Source: Longimicrobiales bacterium (GTDB taxonomy: Bacteria > Gemmatimonadota > Gemmatimonadetes > Longimicrobiales > Gaopeijiaceae). Taken from it: 64,000 bases of DNA. Below the pieces are notes generated by a model. That model made no database searches. It saw nothing but the letters and a program-made list of their open reading frames with translations, and was not told the origin of the DNA. Each line of letters begins with the position of its first letter. Position 1 is the stretch's first letter. Where the stretch lies: assembly GCA_965218295.1 (NCBI GenBank), contig CBDCKN010000014.1, positions 64,001 through 128,000 on the forward strand. Direction: 5' to 3'. Position numbers and translations under genes: made by a program. Below are positions 18,989 to 29,099 of the stretch, one piece after another.

Positions 18989-20431
18989 TCAGTCTCGGTC
19001 TGGCGGAGTCCACGCACGGTTGTATTTAGCTGGCATGTACTGATCACCAGGGATAAAGCGCGTGGTGTAACTCTCGTCCAACGACCTCGCCAGCTCATTG
19101 AGGTGCTCCGGGTCCGTGCTCCCCCAGCGTCCGGTGTCCAGGCGACGTATCATAGTCTCAATCACGGCATGGCTTTCCGTAGGGGTAAAATTACAGTGTG
19201 TAGGCGCCTCGACGATTGCTGTGCGGAGTAGGTCATCGTTGCCGTTTGCGCGTACCAGATCGATATAACCTTGGACGCCGCTAAAGGGAGCTAGAGGATC
19301 TCCGATCTCGTGCATCCGCAGAATCGGAACCTTCGGATCGCCCACACTTCTTCGCCCGGGCGCACTCCACCACTCCATTGCCTCTTCGTCCGCCGAGATG
19401 CGGGGAAACGCGTTGATCCGCTCGAGATCATCCTGAAGATCAAGACCGGCTTCCTGATACAGCTGACGAACCGCTCGCTTCTTGAACTCGTTGCCGTTGT
19501 TGAAAAACTCCCTGTAGTCGACGCCGGTGTTCCACGAGAACTGAGTCGACCGCTCAAAACCGGCCGCGTTCTCGAACATGTACCGTGATATACCGCCTAT
19601 TTGGCCGGGGGCGGCACCAAGGAGAACACTCTGGTACATACTGTACTGAAGCGCAGCTACATCGTTCCGATCCGGATTCGGCTCCGTCGGGGTCGTCCAT
19701 TCCGTTTCCTGTCCGATCGTCATGGCAAGCGCAATACGGGCCCGGCCCTCCGGAGTCTGCTGGGCAGCCCTGATCGCTTGGCGCCACGCAAAGGTGAGTT
19801 CGGGGTATTCTGGTCGTAGGGAAGAGCTATGAGGAAGATCCACGATGCGCAGGTCAGGAGCGATCAGCGCCTTCAGGACAAACCACTTGTCCAGCTTCGT
19901 ATTCATCAAGTGGGTTGGGACATATGCGCCCGTGGAGATCACGCCATCGACCCGGTCGGAGAAATCCTCCGCAATGGCGAGCCCGACGTTACCACCTCCG
20001 GAGCATCCATAGTGGATGACTCGATCCGGCTTACGGAAGTGCTCCTCGAACATATCAAGCACCGTATTGAGATGCCTAATCTCTCTCGCGGGATCGTAGT
20101 TGCCGACCCATCGGCGCTCATGCCGGGCCGTTCCTGATACGGCGTACCCCTTTTCGAGCAGGTATAGATAACGGTCGCTGTTGGCACCAGAGGCATAGTC
20201 CAGATCCCTGATGAGCGTTCCGTTCCAGTTGGATGGAACCCGCATCAAGTACCGCGTTCCATCGCCAAGCGTACCTCCCTCCTCGGTGTACGTCCTCTGC
20301 GCGGCGGCCTTTTCGGCCGAGGCGGTCAGCCCGACAAGGGAGGCGACAATCGACGCCACAAGCAGCCGGCCTCCAAGATCTCTCGCTGGCGAAAGGGCAC
20401 CACGGGGGCCAGCCGGCGTTGTTCTCATCAT
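18989..20431 (-). CDS. tannase/feruloyl-esterase-like alpha/beta hydrolase, copy 2 (SPI-type signal)
   Basis: Close paralog of 12933-14378; GCSGGG, EIGDPL and THCNF; signal ends AAA-Q. Confidence 0.8.
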   Translation of the reverse strand: MMRTTPAGPRGALSPARDLGGRLLVASIVASLVGLTASAEKAAAQRTYTEEGGTLGDGTRYLMRVPSNWNGTLIRDLDYASGANSDRYLYLLEKGYAVSGTARHERRWVGNYDPAREIRHLNTVLDMFEEHFRKPDRVIHYGCSGGGNVGLAIAEDFSDRVDGVISTGAYVPTHLMNTKLDKWFVLKALIAPDLRIVDLPHSSSLRPEYPELTFAWRQAIRAAQQTPEGRARIALAMTIGQETEWTTPTEPNPDRNDVAALQYSMYQSVLLGAAPGQIGGISRYMFENAAGFERSTQFSWNTGVDYREFFNNGNEFKKRAVRQLYQEAGLDLQDDLERINAFPRISADEEAMEWWSAPGRRSVGDPKVPILRMHEIGDPLAPFSGVQGYIDLVRANGNDDLLRTAIVEAPTHCNFTPTESHAVIETMIRRLDTGRWGSTDPEHLNELARSLDESYTTRFIPGDQYMPAKYNRAWTPPDRD

Positions 20432-20547
20432 CGTTGTCTCCTTTGCATCTCAGACCTGCAAAGTTGTCTCCTTTGCATCGTCTCAGACCTGCAAACCTGG
20501 GACCTGATCCACGTCGTTTCCGTTTCCCACAGGGCGATCGTAATTAC

Positions 20548-20576
20548 GTAATAGGTTGGACATCTAATCCTGTCAA
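20548..20576 (-). promoter_or_regulatory. sigma70-like promoter/operator, copy 2
   Basis: TTGACA-GGATTAGATGTCCAACC-TATTAC. Confidence 0.55.
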
Positions 20577-20705
20577 GGGGTTGCGATGACCGGTTGAGAC
20601 CGCCCGGGTACACCGGAGCGTACAACGTCGCGGGGCCCGAGTCGCCGCTGTCATGGGCCGAGATGCTGTACGGCATCCGGGCCGTCATCAGCACGCCCGT
20701 GTCCT

Positions 20706-20870
20706 TCACCTAATCGAGATTAGGTGGCTCCCCGCGACTACAGCAACTGCCCCGGAACGGATAAGAATATATTGTGCCTCGTTCTCCTTGAAAGAGGCGT
20801 TGATGGGGACAACAATCGCCCCTATCTTTGAGAGTCCCAGCCAGGTGTAGAGAAACTCTGGGACGACCTC
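20706..20870 (-). pseudogene. acyl-CoA ligase (AMP-binding) fragment
   Basis: PEFLYTWLGLSKIGAIVVPINASFKENEAQYIL. Confidence 0.75.
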
Positions 20871-20884
20871 GAGGCCCGGCGCCG

Positions 20885-21345
20885 ATTCTATGAGCCTCCG
20901 ATCCTGTACATGACGCTTACCTGGAGCTTCAGCCACGGCTGGGCGGAATCCGCTGGAGACGTGGACGATGCCGCAGTCGTCCATCTCGGCGGGTCATCCG
21001 AGTTCGGTCGCGAAGTCGTGGGGGAGATGAACCGCATCGGAATGATTGTGGACATCTCTCATGTCTCCGACGAGACCTTCTGGGATGTGATTGAGGTTAC
21101 CCGCGCACCGGTCATCGCCTCCCACTCCTCCACCCGTGCGCTTACCGACCACCCACGCAATATGACCGACGACATGCTCCGCGCCGTGGCCAACAACGGA
21201 GGGGTGGTCATGGTGAACTTCTACACACATCTCCTGGACCCGAAGAAGACAACGCCCTGGAACGCCGTCAAGAACTGGGTGCGAAGCCTCGGAAGCTCTG
21301 GAACGCCCCTGTCTGTACTCGCCGATCACGTCGATCACGTGGTGA
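20885..21345 (+). pseudogene. membrane dipeptidase (M19) internal fragment
   Basis: YMTLTW, FGREVVGEMNRIGMIVDISHVS, PVIASHSS, HPRNMTD and DHVDHVV. Confidence 0.85.
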
Positions 21346-21354
21346 AAGACCCGG

Positions 21355-21418
21355 TGCGTCAGCGGTCATAGCAATGTATGGAGTAGCCACACTTTAAGAC
21401 TGCAATGTATGGAGTAGC
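21355..21418. repeat. two 17-bp direct repeats, IS21-end-like
   Basis: GCAATGTATGGAGTAGC at 21371-21387 and 21402-21418, after TGCGTCAGCGG. Confidence 0.6.
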
Positions 21419-21702
21419 GCCCTGGTTCCTGAGGATGCCCGTCCTTCACGGCCCTCCACAGGTGCTGGGACTAACATAGGATGTGGTACCACTCTTGGGG
21501 GCAGGTCAGTCATATCGGCCTCCAACGCTCTTGAAATACGAACCGCTATGGCTGTGCTCCCGCTTGTTTGATCGGCCGGACCGGGCTCCCTGCGCGGGCC
21601 GGCGCGTTTCTGGTGGGCGGCGCCGTCGCTTGCCTCGCCCCGGCCGTATGCGCAATTATGCGCGTCCTGCAAAAGAGTAACAACACGACCGGAGGCAAAT
21701 CC

Positions 21703-22914
21703 ATGCTCGCTGACACCGCGCCCGCCACGCCGCCCCTCGCCGGCGTGAAAGTGATCGATATTGCGAACTTTCTCGCCGGCCCGCTCGTGTCGATGTTCTT
21801 TGCCGATTTCGGCGCCGAAATCATCAAGGTGGAGCGGCCCGAGACCGGCGATGAAATCCGCTATTGGGGCAACAACAAGAACGGTGTCGGCTTGATGTAC
21901 AAGCTGATCAACCGCAACAAGAAATCCATCACTGGAGACCTGCGGACGCCGATCGGCGTCGAGATCGTCAAGCGGCTGGTCAAGGATGCGGACATCCTGA
22001 TCGAGAACTACCGCAAGGGAACACTCGAGCGATGGGGCCTCGGCTACGACGTGCTAAGCGAAATCAACCCGGGCCTGATCATGGTGCGTCTAACCGGGTT
22101 CGGGCAGACCGGCCCGAACAGTCACCGACCGGGCTTCGGCACGCTCGCCGAAGGGTATTCCGGCTACGCCTATATCACGGGATATCCAGACCGACCACCG
22201 CTGCTGCCCGGCTTCGGGCTGGCGGACGACACCGCCGGGCTGATGGGCGCTTTCCTCACGATGGTCGCGCTGCAGGAGAAGAACCGCTCGGGCAAGGGGC
22301 AGGTCATCGACTTCGCGATCTACGAACCCTTGTTCACCCTGCTCGGGCCGCAGGTTGTCGACTATGACCAACTGGGCCTGGTGCAGGAGCGCAACGGCAG
22401 CCGCCTGCCCTTCACGGCACCGCGCAACACCTACCGCACCAAGGACGACAAATGGGTGTCGATCTCCGGCAGCGCGCAATCGACCTTCGAACGCATGTGC
22501 GAAGCGCTCGGCGTGCCGGAGCTGATTGGGGACCCGCGCTTTCTCGACAACCGCTTGCGTATCCAGCACTCCCCGGCCCTCGACGACGCCCTGCAGGCGG
22601 CCATCGAGAAGTTCGACCGCGACGCGCTCATCGAGCTGTTCGACAAGTTCGGAGCCGCGGTAGCGCCGTGCAACAACATCAAAGAGATCTTCGAGGATCC
22701 TCATTTCCAGGCGCGGGAAAACATCGTCGCCGTTGAGGATGAGGAGCTCGGCGGCCCGATCCGCATGCAGAACGTCGTCGGCAGATTCTCGCGCACCCCG
22801 GGCAAGATCCACCACGCCGGGCCGATCCTCGGCTCGAGCAATCGGGAAATCCTCGTCGAGCAGCTCGGCTTCGACAAAGAAGAACTGAAACTGGCGGGCT
22901 ACCAGCTCGATTGA
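21703..22914 (+). CDS. CaiB/BaiF family (class III) CoA-transferase
   Basis: PLAGVKVID, FGAEIIKVE, NRNKKSI, ADILIENYR and GFGQTGP. Confidence 0.95.
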   Translation: MLADTAPATPPLAGVKVIDIANFLAGPLVSMFFADFGAEIIKVERPETGDEIRYWGNNKNGVGLMYKLINRNKKSITGDLRTPIGVEIVKRLVKDADILIENYRKGTLERWGLGYDVLSEINPGLIMVRLTGFGQTGPNSHRPGFGTLAEGYSGYAYITGYPDRPPLLPGFGLADDTAGLMGAFLTMVALQEKNRSGKGQVIDFAIYEPLFTLLGPQVVDYDQLGLVQERNGSRLPFTAPRNTYRTKDDKWVSISGSAQSTFERMCEALGVPELIGDPRFLDNRLRIQHSPALDDALQAAIEKFDRDALIELFDKFGAAVAPCNNIKEIFEDPHFQARENIVAVEDEELGGPIRMQNVVGRFSRTPGKIHHAGPILGSSNREILVEQLGFDKEELKLAGYQLD

Positions 22915-22928
22915 AGGAGGACATCGCC

Positions 22929-23951
22929 ATGTTGTCGCTACCCGAAAAGGTGATCGTCGTCGAGGTCGGGCCGCGCGACGGCCTCCAGTCGCTCGATCAC
23001 TGGGTGGATACCGACAAGAAGATCGCGATGGTCGACCGGCTGAGCGAGGCCGGCTTTCCGGTGATCGAAGTCACCAGCTTCACCCATCCCAACGTGGTGC
23101 CCCTCCTCACCGACGCCGAGGAGGTGCTGGCACGCATCAAGCGCCGTCCCGGCACGGTGTACCGCGCGCTCGTGCCCAACAAGCGCGGCGCGCTGAGAGC
23201 CGTCGCCACGGATGTGGACGAGATCCTAGGCCTAATGACGGTCAGCGCCAGCTACCTCGCCAAGAACCAGAATATGACGCTGGACGAGGTGATCGCCCAG
23301 GGTGGCGAGTGCCTGCGCGTCGCCGAGGAAGCCGGCCGCGCCTTCATCATGGCCCTTGGGATGTCCCTTTTCTGCCCGTATGAGGGCGTGATCCCGCCGG
23401 AAAGCACCCTGGACTGCATCGCCCGGCTACGCAATCTCGGCGTCCGCCGCTTCTCCCTGGCGGCCAGCACCGGCATGGAGGAACCGCGTCAGGTGAACGA
23501 GTTGTTTCGCCGGGCCTTCGCCCGTTACCCCGATTGCGAGTTTGGCTTTCATCTGCACGAAAAGATGGGACTCGCGCCGGCGAACCTCATCGCCGCGCTG
23601 GATGCCGGTGTCACCATGCTTGAAGGGTCGATCTGTGGCATCGGCGGCGGCATCGTTTTCCCCGAGGGCGTCGGATCGATCGGCAACCTGCCAACAGAGG
23701 ATATCGTGCATTTCCTTAACGAGATGGGGATTGATACCGGGCTCGACACCGGCGAAGTCCTGGCGGCCGCCAGCGACGTGGCCAAGATCGCCGGCATTCC
23801 GCTGAACAGCCATCTCGGCAGCGTTGGCATGCGGAGCGATATCACCCGCCGGGAAACCCGGCGGCGCACGCAGCCTGAGCCAGGGGCCCCGCGGAGGGAT
23901 GCCAAACCCGGACCGCCGGTGTCGCCCGCGGACCCCGGTCTAAAACGCTAG
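22929..23951 (+). CDS. hydroxymethylglutaryl-CoA lyase-like protein
   Basis: EVGPRDGLQ, FHLHE, GIGG and GNLPTED; C-terminal tail may be read-through. Confidence 0.9.
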   Translation: MLSLPEKVIVVEVGPRDGLQSLDHWVDTDKKIAMVDRLSEAGFPVIEVTSFTHPNVVPLLTDAEEVLARIKRRPGTVYRALVPNKRGALRAVATDVDEILGLMTVSASYLAKNQNMTLDEVIAQGGECLRVAEEAGRAFIMALGMSLFCPYEGVIPPESTLDCIARLRNLGVRRFSLAASTGMEEPRQVNELFRRAFARYPDCEFGFHLHEKMGLAPANLIAALDAGVTMLEGSICGIGGGIVFPEGVGSIGNLPTEDIVHFLNEMGIDTGLDTGEVLAAASDVAKIAGIPLNSHLGSVGMRSDITRRETRRRTQPEPGAPRRDAKPGPPVSPADPGLKR

Positions 23952-23954
23952 ATT

Positions 23955-24040
23955 GCGGACGAAGCCTTCGAGATCCTCCGGGCCCGGCCCCACGGGCATG
24001 TGGCGGCGGTGCTGGGCACGTTGCGGAAGCTGGGCCTCGC
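23955..24040 (+). mobile_element. IS1634-family internal fragment
   Basis: EAFEILRARPHGHVAAVLGTLRKLGL. Confidence 0.6.
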
Positions 24041-24437
24041 GTACCGGAGGCCGAAGGCGATCGACGTGTACTGGGTCCCCTGGTCCGAGTGATGGATCAT
24101 GGCCTCGGGCCGGCGCTGCCAAACGGCCATGTTCAGTGCGTCCAGCACCAGCTCGGTGCGGAGGTGCGTGGCCATCGACCATCAGATCGGGCGCCTGCTG
24201 ACCCTCGTCGTCCTAGACGGTGGTGCGGGTTCCCTTCCGTCGGCTGACGCCCTCCAGGCCCGCCTCACCCATCAGGCGGGCCACCCGCTTGCGACCCACC
24301 CGGATGCCGCCCTCAGCCTGGAGTTCGGCATGGATCCGGGGCGAGCCGTAGGTGCGTCTGGAGTGCTTGTGAATCGCTCGCATCCGCTCCAGAAGCACCG
24401 TATCCTCCCGCGCCCGCTCCGACCGGCATAGCCTGGT
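24041..24437 (-). mobile_element. IS3-family orfB remnant with internal deletion
   Basis: SRRTYGSPRIHAEL...GRKRVARLM and MATHLRTELVLDALNMA...IHHSDQGTQYTS. Confidence 0.85.
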
Positions 24438-25668
24438 TGTGCTGAGACGGTATTCACCTGACAGTTGACCACGAGAGAGGACGGTGGCCAGCCGCCCTCG
24501 CCGGAGCTAATTGAGAGATGTCGAAGTCACTCACTTAGCACGGGAGAGAAGATGACCACCGTCCAGGGGGAGAAGATAGCGCGCCGCAAGCTGAGCCTGC
24601 TACAGTTGGCCCAGGAGCTCGGCAACGTGAGCAAGGCGTGCAAGATCGTGGGCTACAGCCGGCAGCAGTTCTACGAGATCAGGAGGAACTTCCAGCTTTA
24701 CGGGGCCGAGGGGCTGATCGACCAGCTTCCGGGGCCGAAGGGACCGCACCCGAACCGGGTGAGTGAAGAGATTGAGCAGGCGGTCTTGGCCCACGCCTTG
24801 GAGGCTCCGACGCACGGAGCTCAGCGGGTCGCGGACGAGTTGCTGCTCGGAGGGATCCAGGTGAGCTCAGGAGGCGTACGGGGCGTGTGGAGCCGGCATG
24901 GCCTCACCACGAAGCACGAACGGCTGCTCAGGCTCGAAGAGACGGCCAGGGAACGGAAGCTGAAGCTGACCGACGAGCAGATCGAGCTGCTGGAGCGCTT
25001 CAGTCCCGAGTTCCGGGAGCGCCACATCGAAGTCCATTACCCGGGCGACCTCGTCGCCGTGGACACGTTCTTCGTCGGAACGCTGAAGGGGGTCGGCAAG
25101 GTGTACCTGCAGACCGTGCTCGATTGCTTCAGCCGCTACGCCTGGGGCCGGCTCTACACGAGCAAGCTCCCGCTCACGGCGGTGCAGGTGATGAATAACG
25201 ACGTGTTGCCGTTCTTCGATGAGCACCGGGTCCGGGTGAAGACCGTGCTCAGCGACAACGGCCGCGAGTTCTGCGGCCGTCCGGACCGTCACCCATATGA
25301 GCTGTTCCTTCAGCTCGAGGACATCGAGCACCGCACGACGAAGGTGGGCAGGCCCCAGTCCAACGGCTTCATCGAGCGCTTCCACCGCACGCTCCTCGAC
25401 GAGCACTTGAGGGTGAAGGGCCGCACCACCTGGTACGAGACCGTCGAGGAGATGCAGCAGGACCTCGAGGCGTATCTGGAGACCTACAACCGGAAGCGGC
25501 CGCACCGCGGTCGAGCCATGGAGGGCCGCACGCCCTATCAGGTCTTCAAGGCCGGTCTCACCGACGCCAGGAAGGCCGCAAAGGCCAGGAAGGAGGAGGC
25601 TAAGACGAAGGCAGCCTAGACACAGCTCCGGCGAGGGCCAACTGTCAGGTCATTACCATCTCTGTACA
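24438..25668 (+). mobile_element. IS481-family element, copy 1 (transposase about 24552-25619)
   Basis: TGT...ACA ends; HTH plus rve DDE (VDTF, SDNGREF, NGFIERF); 6-bp TSD CCTGGT at 24432-24437 and 25669-25674. Confidence 0.95.
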
Positions 25669-25812
25669 CCTGGTCGCTTCTCTCAGTTCACCTCTAAGAG
25701 GCCCAAGAGGACACCTCACTACAAGGGGTAGTACGTACTTGAGTGAAGGACACACCCCCGAACCTCCCAAGTGAATTCGGCACGTTTTTGGACCGCAGCC
25801 GATGCAAGATCT

Positions 25813-27945
25813 TTATCGCTGGCTCCTAGCTTGAGTTTCCAGAAGAATATCGGACTTCATAGCCCCATCGATAATGCTATCCGCATCCTCCTGAAGTAAT
25901 AAACGCTTCGCGACTAGCTCAGCGGTGGCCGCATGGACTTGAGTCACATAGCCTTCATGATTTCCATAACGTTCCGCAAGCGACAGTCGCGGATCGCCAC
26001 TTTCCACTCGTTCCGCCTTTGTTCGGGCGAACGGAATGAAGGACCCCCGCAAGATATAACTTTCGTTTTCAGCGCCAGCATGTTCGGATCGCAGGTTCCA
26101 GGCCGTATATGTGCCGAGTGGAACCATCAGGGTAACGGACTTGACGCCAGCGACGTCGTTCCCATCCACGTCCACCTTAGGCACCAGCGGCCGCCAAGCT
26201 TTCCCGGGCACGATTCTTGGCGGATGGTTCGTGATAACGCCTTCCGTCAGAAATCTTGGACCGTAATCAAAGAGTGGCAATTCATTCATTCGCGGCATGT
26301 ATGTGACACCCGAAATTCGTGGAAAGCCTGTTGCTTCTTGGTCTGGGGTCACCAGTGTTCCGTCGTCAATGCGCGGATACATGCTCGGTGGCGGCTCCGT
26401 TCCATAACGAACCCATTCGTCCAATGCCGCCAGGAGCGCACGCGTGATATCATCTAGCGGGGCGGGGTTCGTCAATTCCTTGTGGAGTGGAGCTAGGCCA
26501 TGGCCCAACCCCATGGTCGCGTAGGGAGATCCTCCATGCTGTGTGCCTGCAAAAGTATAATGTCTAACATTGTCAGGGAGCGTAAGATCGGTTGCACCAA
26601 ACGGATCCGTTGTCACCAATGACGCACGACCGTTCCAATATTCGTGCGAGCTCACTGTATGAATGATCTTTGGACAATTGGACATCTGCTCGCAGCGTGC
26701 TAGCACGCCATCAACTCGGTCCGAAAATGGGTCCTTCATGACGTTATAGGCAATAGGAAAATCGTAAGATGGGAAATCCTCCTCATAATGCATAATGTAT
26801 CCCCGCCCTGGCGCCGCGAACCTCATATTAAGCGGATTACGTCCGGCTGCGACGTGAGCCCACAGCCCGTCTACAAGCGATCGGCCATTCACATCTACGT
26901 GGAACCCCATATACAAGAGCTGTCTCACATAGCGACCTGTTTGTGATGCCCCGCCAATTAAGACTCTCTCTATGGTTGGTTTTCCGTCAACAAAAAGAGG
27001 GTTTGGCGTGCCGTTTGAATCGAATTCATAAAAACGAAAAAACGACAAAGCGTCTCTCGTCGATGCAAGACCAAGCCCCATTACTTTCGGATTCTGTGCT
27101 TCGTAGATCAGTTCATAAATCCAACCCGTCCTAAAACCCGCCGGAACACAAAGATGCATTGGGCTTGGGACAACAACCGCTTTAGATGAGCCCCACCGAA
27201 CTCCGAGGGGACAATACGCGAACATCCAGTCAGAGTTGGAGATAGGAATCCGTTCGTCCCAATAACGCTCTCGAACGGTAAGGACTGCACCTATATTGTC
27301 TGTGCTTACGACCTCGTAGCCATCATGTGCTGAGTAACTCTCGATTGGCGAAGTCGGATTCAGGCCCAGGTGTGGCCCGTGCCCAAGTGGCACGGTGAAC
27401 ATAGATGGTTGGTCCAAGATATAGTTCATCCGGACTCGCCCGGTAATGGGCTGACCGTCGTTCGTGGCGACCGGAACTTTCATCAACAATCTATTGCCTC
27501 CAGGCAAAATGTCACCCTGCCAGGCAATATGTGATACAATGAATCCGCGACGCAGTAAACCCGGTGCAAGTGCCCTGGCTCCCAAACGGCCACGATTCGG
27601 AACCCAGCTAAAGAGCGTTCCATTTGCCTTTGAGGGATCGACAGGCCGTAAGACCACGAACTGAGCTTGATATTCCACCCGACCAAGCGCATTGAGAGGT
27701 GCTCTATCAATATCGACGATCTCTCGATTACGCGGGTGACTTGGATCTATTTCAACCGCGAGCGTACCGACAAGGCGTTCATAGGGGCCAGCTGCGCCGA
27801 AACTTTCACCGTTAGCATATGGATACACCTCGTAAGTTACCTCAACTTTATGGTTGGGGTCTTGAATAGCCTGGCCAGACGCCCCTGACACCACCGCCAG
27901 AACGTCCACGAATGTTGTCAGAATGCCAATCACCGTTCGCATCAT
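25813..27945 (-). CDS. secreted alpha/beta-hydrolase-domain protein
   Basis: Signal peptide, FGAAGPYERL, VPNRG, GASQTGRY, EYWNGRASL, AGTQH, DVDGN and DPRLSLAERY; visibly lower GC than its flanks. Confidence 0.85.
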   Translation of the reverse strand: MMRTVIGILTTFVDVLAVVSGASGQAIQDPNHKVEVTYEVYPYANGESFGAAGPYERLVGTLAVEIDPSHPRNREIVDIDRAPLNALGRVEYQAQFVVLRPVDPSKANGTLFSWVPNRGRLGARALAPGLLRRGFIVSHIAWQGDILPGGNRLLMKVPVATNDGQPITGRVRMNYILDQPSMFTVPLGHGPHLGLNPTSPIESYSAHDGYEVVSTDNIGAVLTVRERYWDERIPISNSDWMFAYCPLGVRWGSSKAVVVPSPMHLCVPAGFRTGWIYELIYEAQNPKVMGLGLASTRDALSFFRFYEFDSNGTPNPLFVDGKPTIERVLIGGASQTGRYVRQLLYMGFHVDVNGRSLVDGLWAHVAAGRNPLNMRFAAPGRGYIMHYEEDFPSYDFPIAYNVMKDPFSDRVDGVLARCEQMSNCPKIIHTVSSHEYWNGRASLVTTDPFGATDLTLPDNVRHYTFAGTQHGGSPYATMGLGHGLAPLHKELTNPAPLDDITRALLAALDEWVRYGTEPPPSMYPRIDDGTLVTPDQEATGFPRISGVTYMPRMNELPLFDYGPRFLTEGVITNHPPRIVPGKAWRPLVPKVDVDGNDVAGVKSVTLMVPLGTYTAWNLRSEHAGAENESYILRGSFIPFARTKAERVESGDPRLSLAERYGNHEGYVTQVHAATAELVAKRLLLQEDADSIIDGAMKSDILLETQARSQR

Positions 27946-28580
27946 CTTCCTCCGCTCTTCCGATACGGGTTTTGCGCACCTGTATCGACATCGGCGCACA
28001 CAATTGCACAGCCCAACCGACGCAGTTGCAGGTCTACTGCGAATGTAGCCTCGGTAATTCACGGTGGCCAGGAGGTTCACGGGTTTTCGGATTCGAGGCT
28101 CTGATGGGATCGTTGTGTTGCGATGAGGTACTCGAAGAGAGACTCCCCCCTTCCCCCAGGTCCTGGCGGAAACTCCTCCGCGTCCAGGGCCCTGCGGCAT
28201 TCTACTGCCGCTTACCCTGTCCGGGAAGAAGCCCGAGAGGAGAACTCAGTTAGGGCGTTGTGTGGCTTCTTCTATCCGACTGAAAACCTAAAATACAACG
28301 GCATTTTGGCCTACTATCGACAGAGAGAATAGCGAATGATCGGCAATATGATGCACCTTGACCAATCTGTAACATTGAAACTCAGGGATCGCGAGATAGA
28401 GCTTGACTACTCGGATTTGATGAGGACTTCTTTTCTCTCGATCAGACCGGCGGGTTCGACCCCGCCGATCCGGAGCCGATTCGCGAGCTCGAGTTCGATC
28501 AGTCGCAGCCAGACTGAGAGCTGCCCGACGGATCACGGACCCGCCGTCCCCGACTCGGGGTCGGGGCCGTGCGGTATCTC

Positions 28581-28726
28581 TTGCCCATCCACGCATCCGA
28601 TCGTCTCGTCCTTGCATGGCTGGACGGCGAGCGCGCACGTTGCCCTGGGGTCGTGCCTCGCAAGGGGAGGGTCTCGCCTCGATCAAGCAGGGTGCCGGAC
28701 TCGGAAAGGGTCTTTAAAATGCCTAT
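28581..28726. repeat. dispersed IS-end-like repeat, copy B
   Basis: Similar to 9116-9243; both end AAAATGCCTAT. Confidence 0.75.
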
Positions 28727-29047
28727 CCCTAAGAAGACCGAGGGGCGTGCAAGACGGAAAGGGAGTGGTTGGAGCTGGTGAAGAGCGAGTGCTGGAAACT
28801 ATACCCGGACATCGGCGAAAATACCGGAGTCCGCAACGCCATCATCGAGTTAATCGGTGATGACTTGACCGCTATGTGGCGGTCCAGGGAGGGCCTTGCG
28901 CCCCGTCTTACCAATGGACTCCCCAGCGAAGAGGACCTTCTGCACGGGCTGTGGCGGGAGTTGGGTATTATTGCCGATGGGGTGGCCGCAGAGACTTAAA
29001 ACCGTTACCGGCTCCGGCAGGCCACAATAAAACTTTGATTCAATCAA

Positions 29048-29081
29048 TCCCCCCGGCAACCATTGATGGTTGCCGGGGGGA
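29048..29081. terminator. perfect 16-bp inverted repeat just upstream of the SDR ribosome-binding site
   Basis: TCCCCCCGGCAACCAT-tg-ATGGTTGCCGGGGGGA followed by ACTTTT. Confidence 0.5.
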
Positions 29082-29099
29082 ACTTTTGGGAGGAACGCC

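Noticed and set aside
12933..20431. Diversity-generating retroelement (template and variable repeat)
   Set aside because: No reverse transcriptase in the window, both copies are full genes, and differences in the patch I compared are not adenine-specific.
21371..21418. CRISPR array (also considered for 34679-34720 and 8818-9005)
   Set aside because: Only two units or irregular spacing, repeats and spacers too short, and no cas genes.
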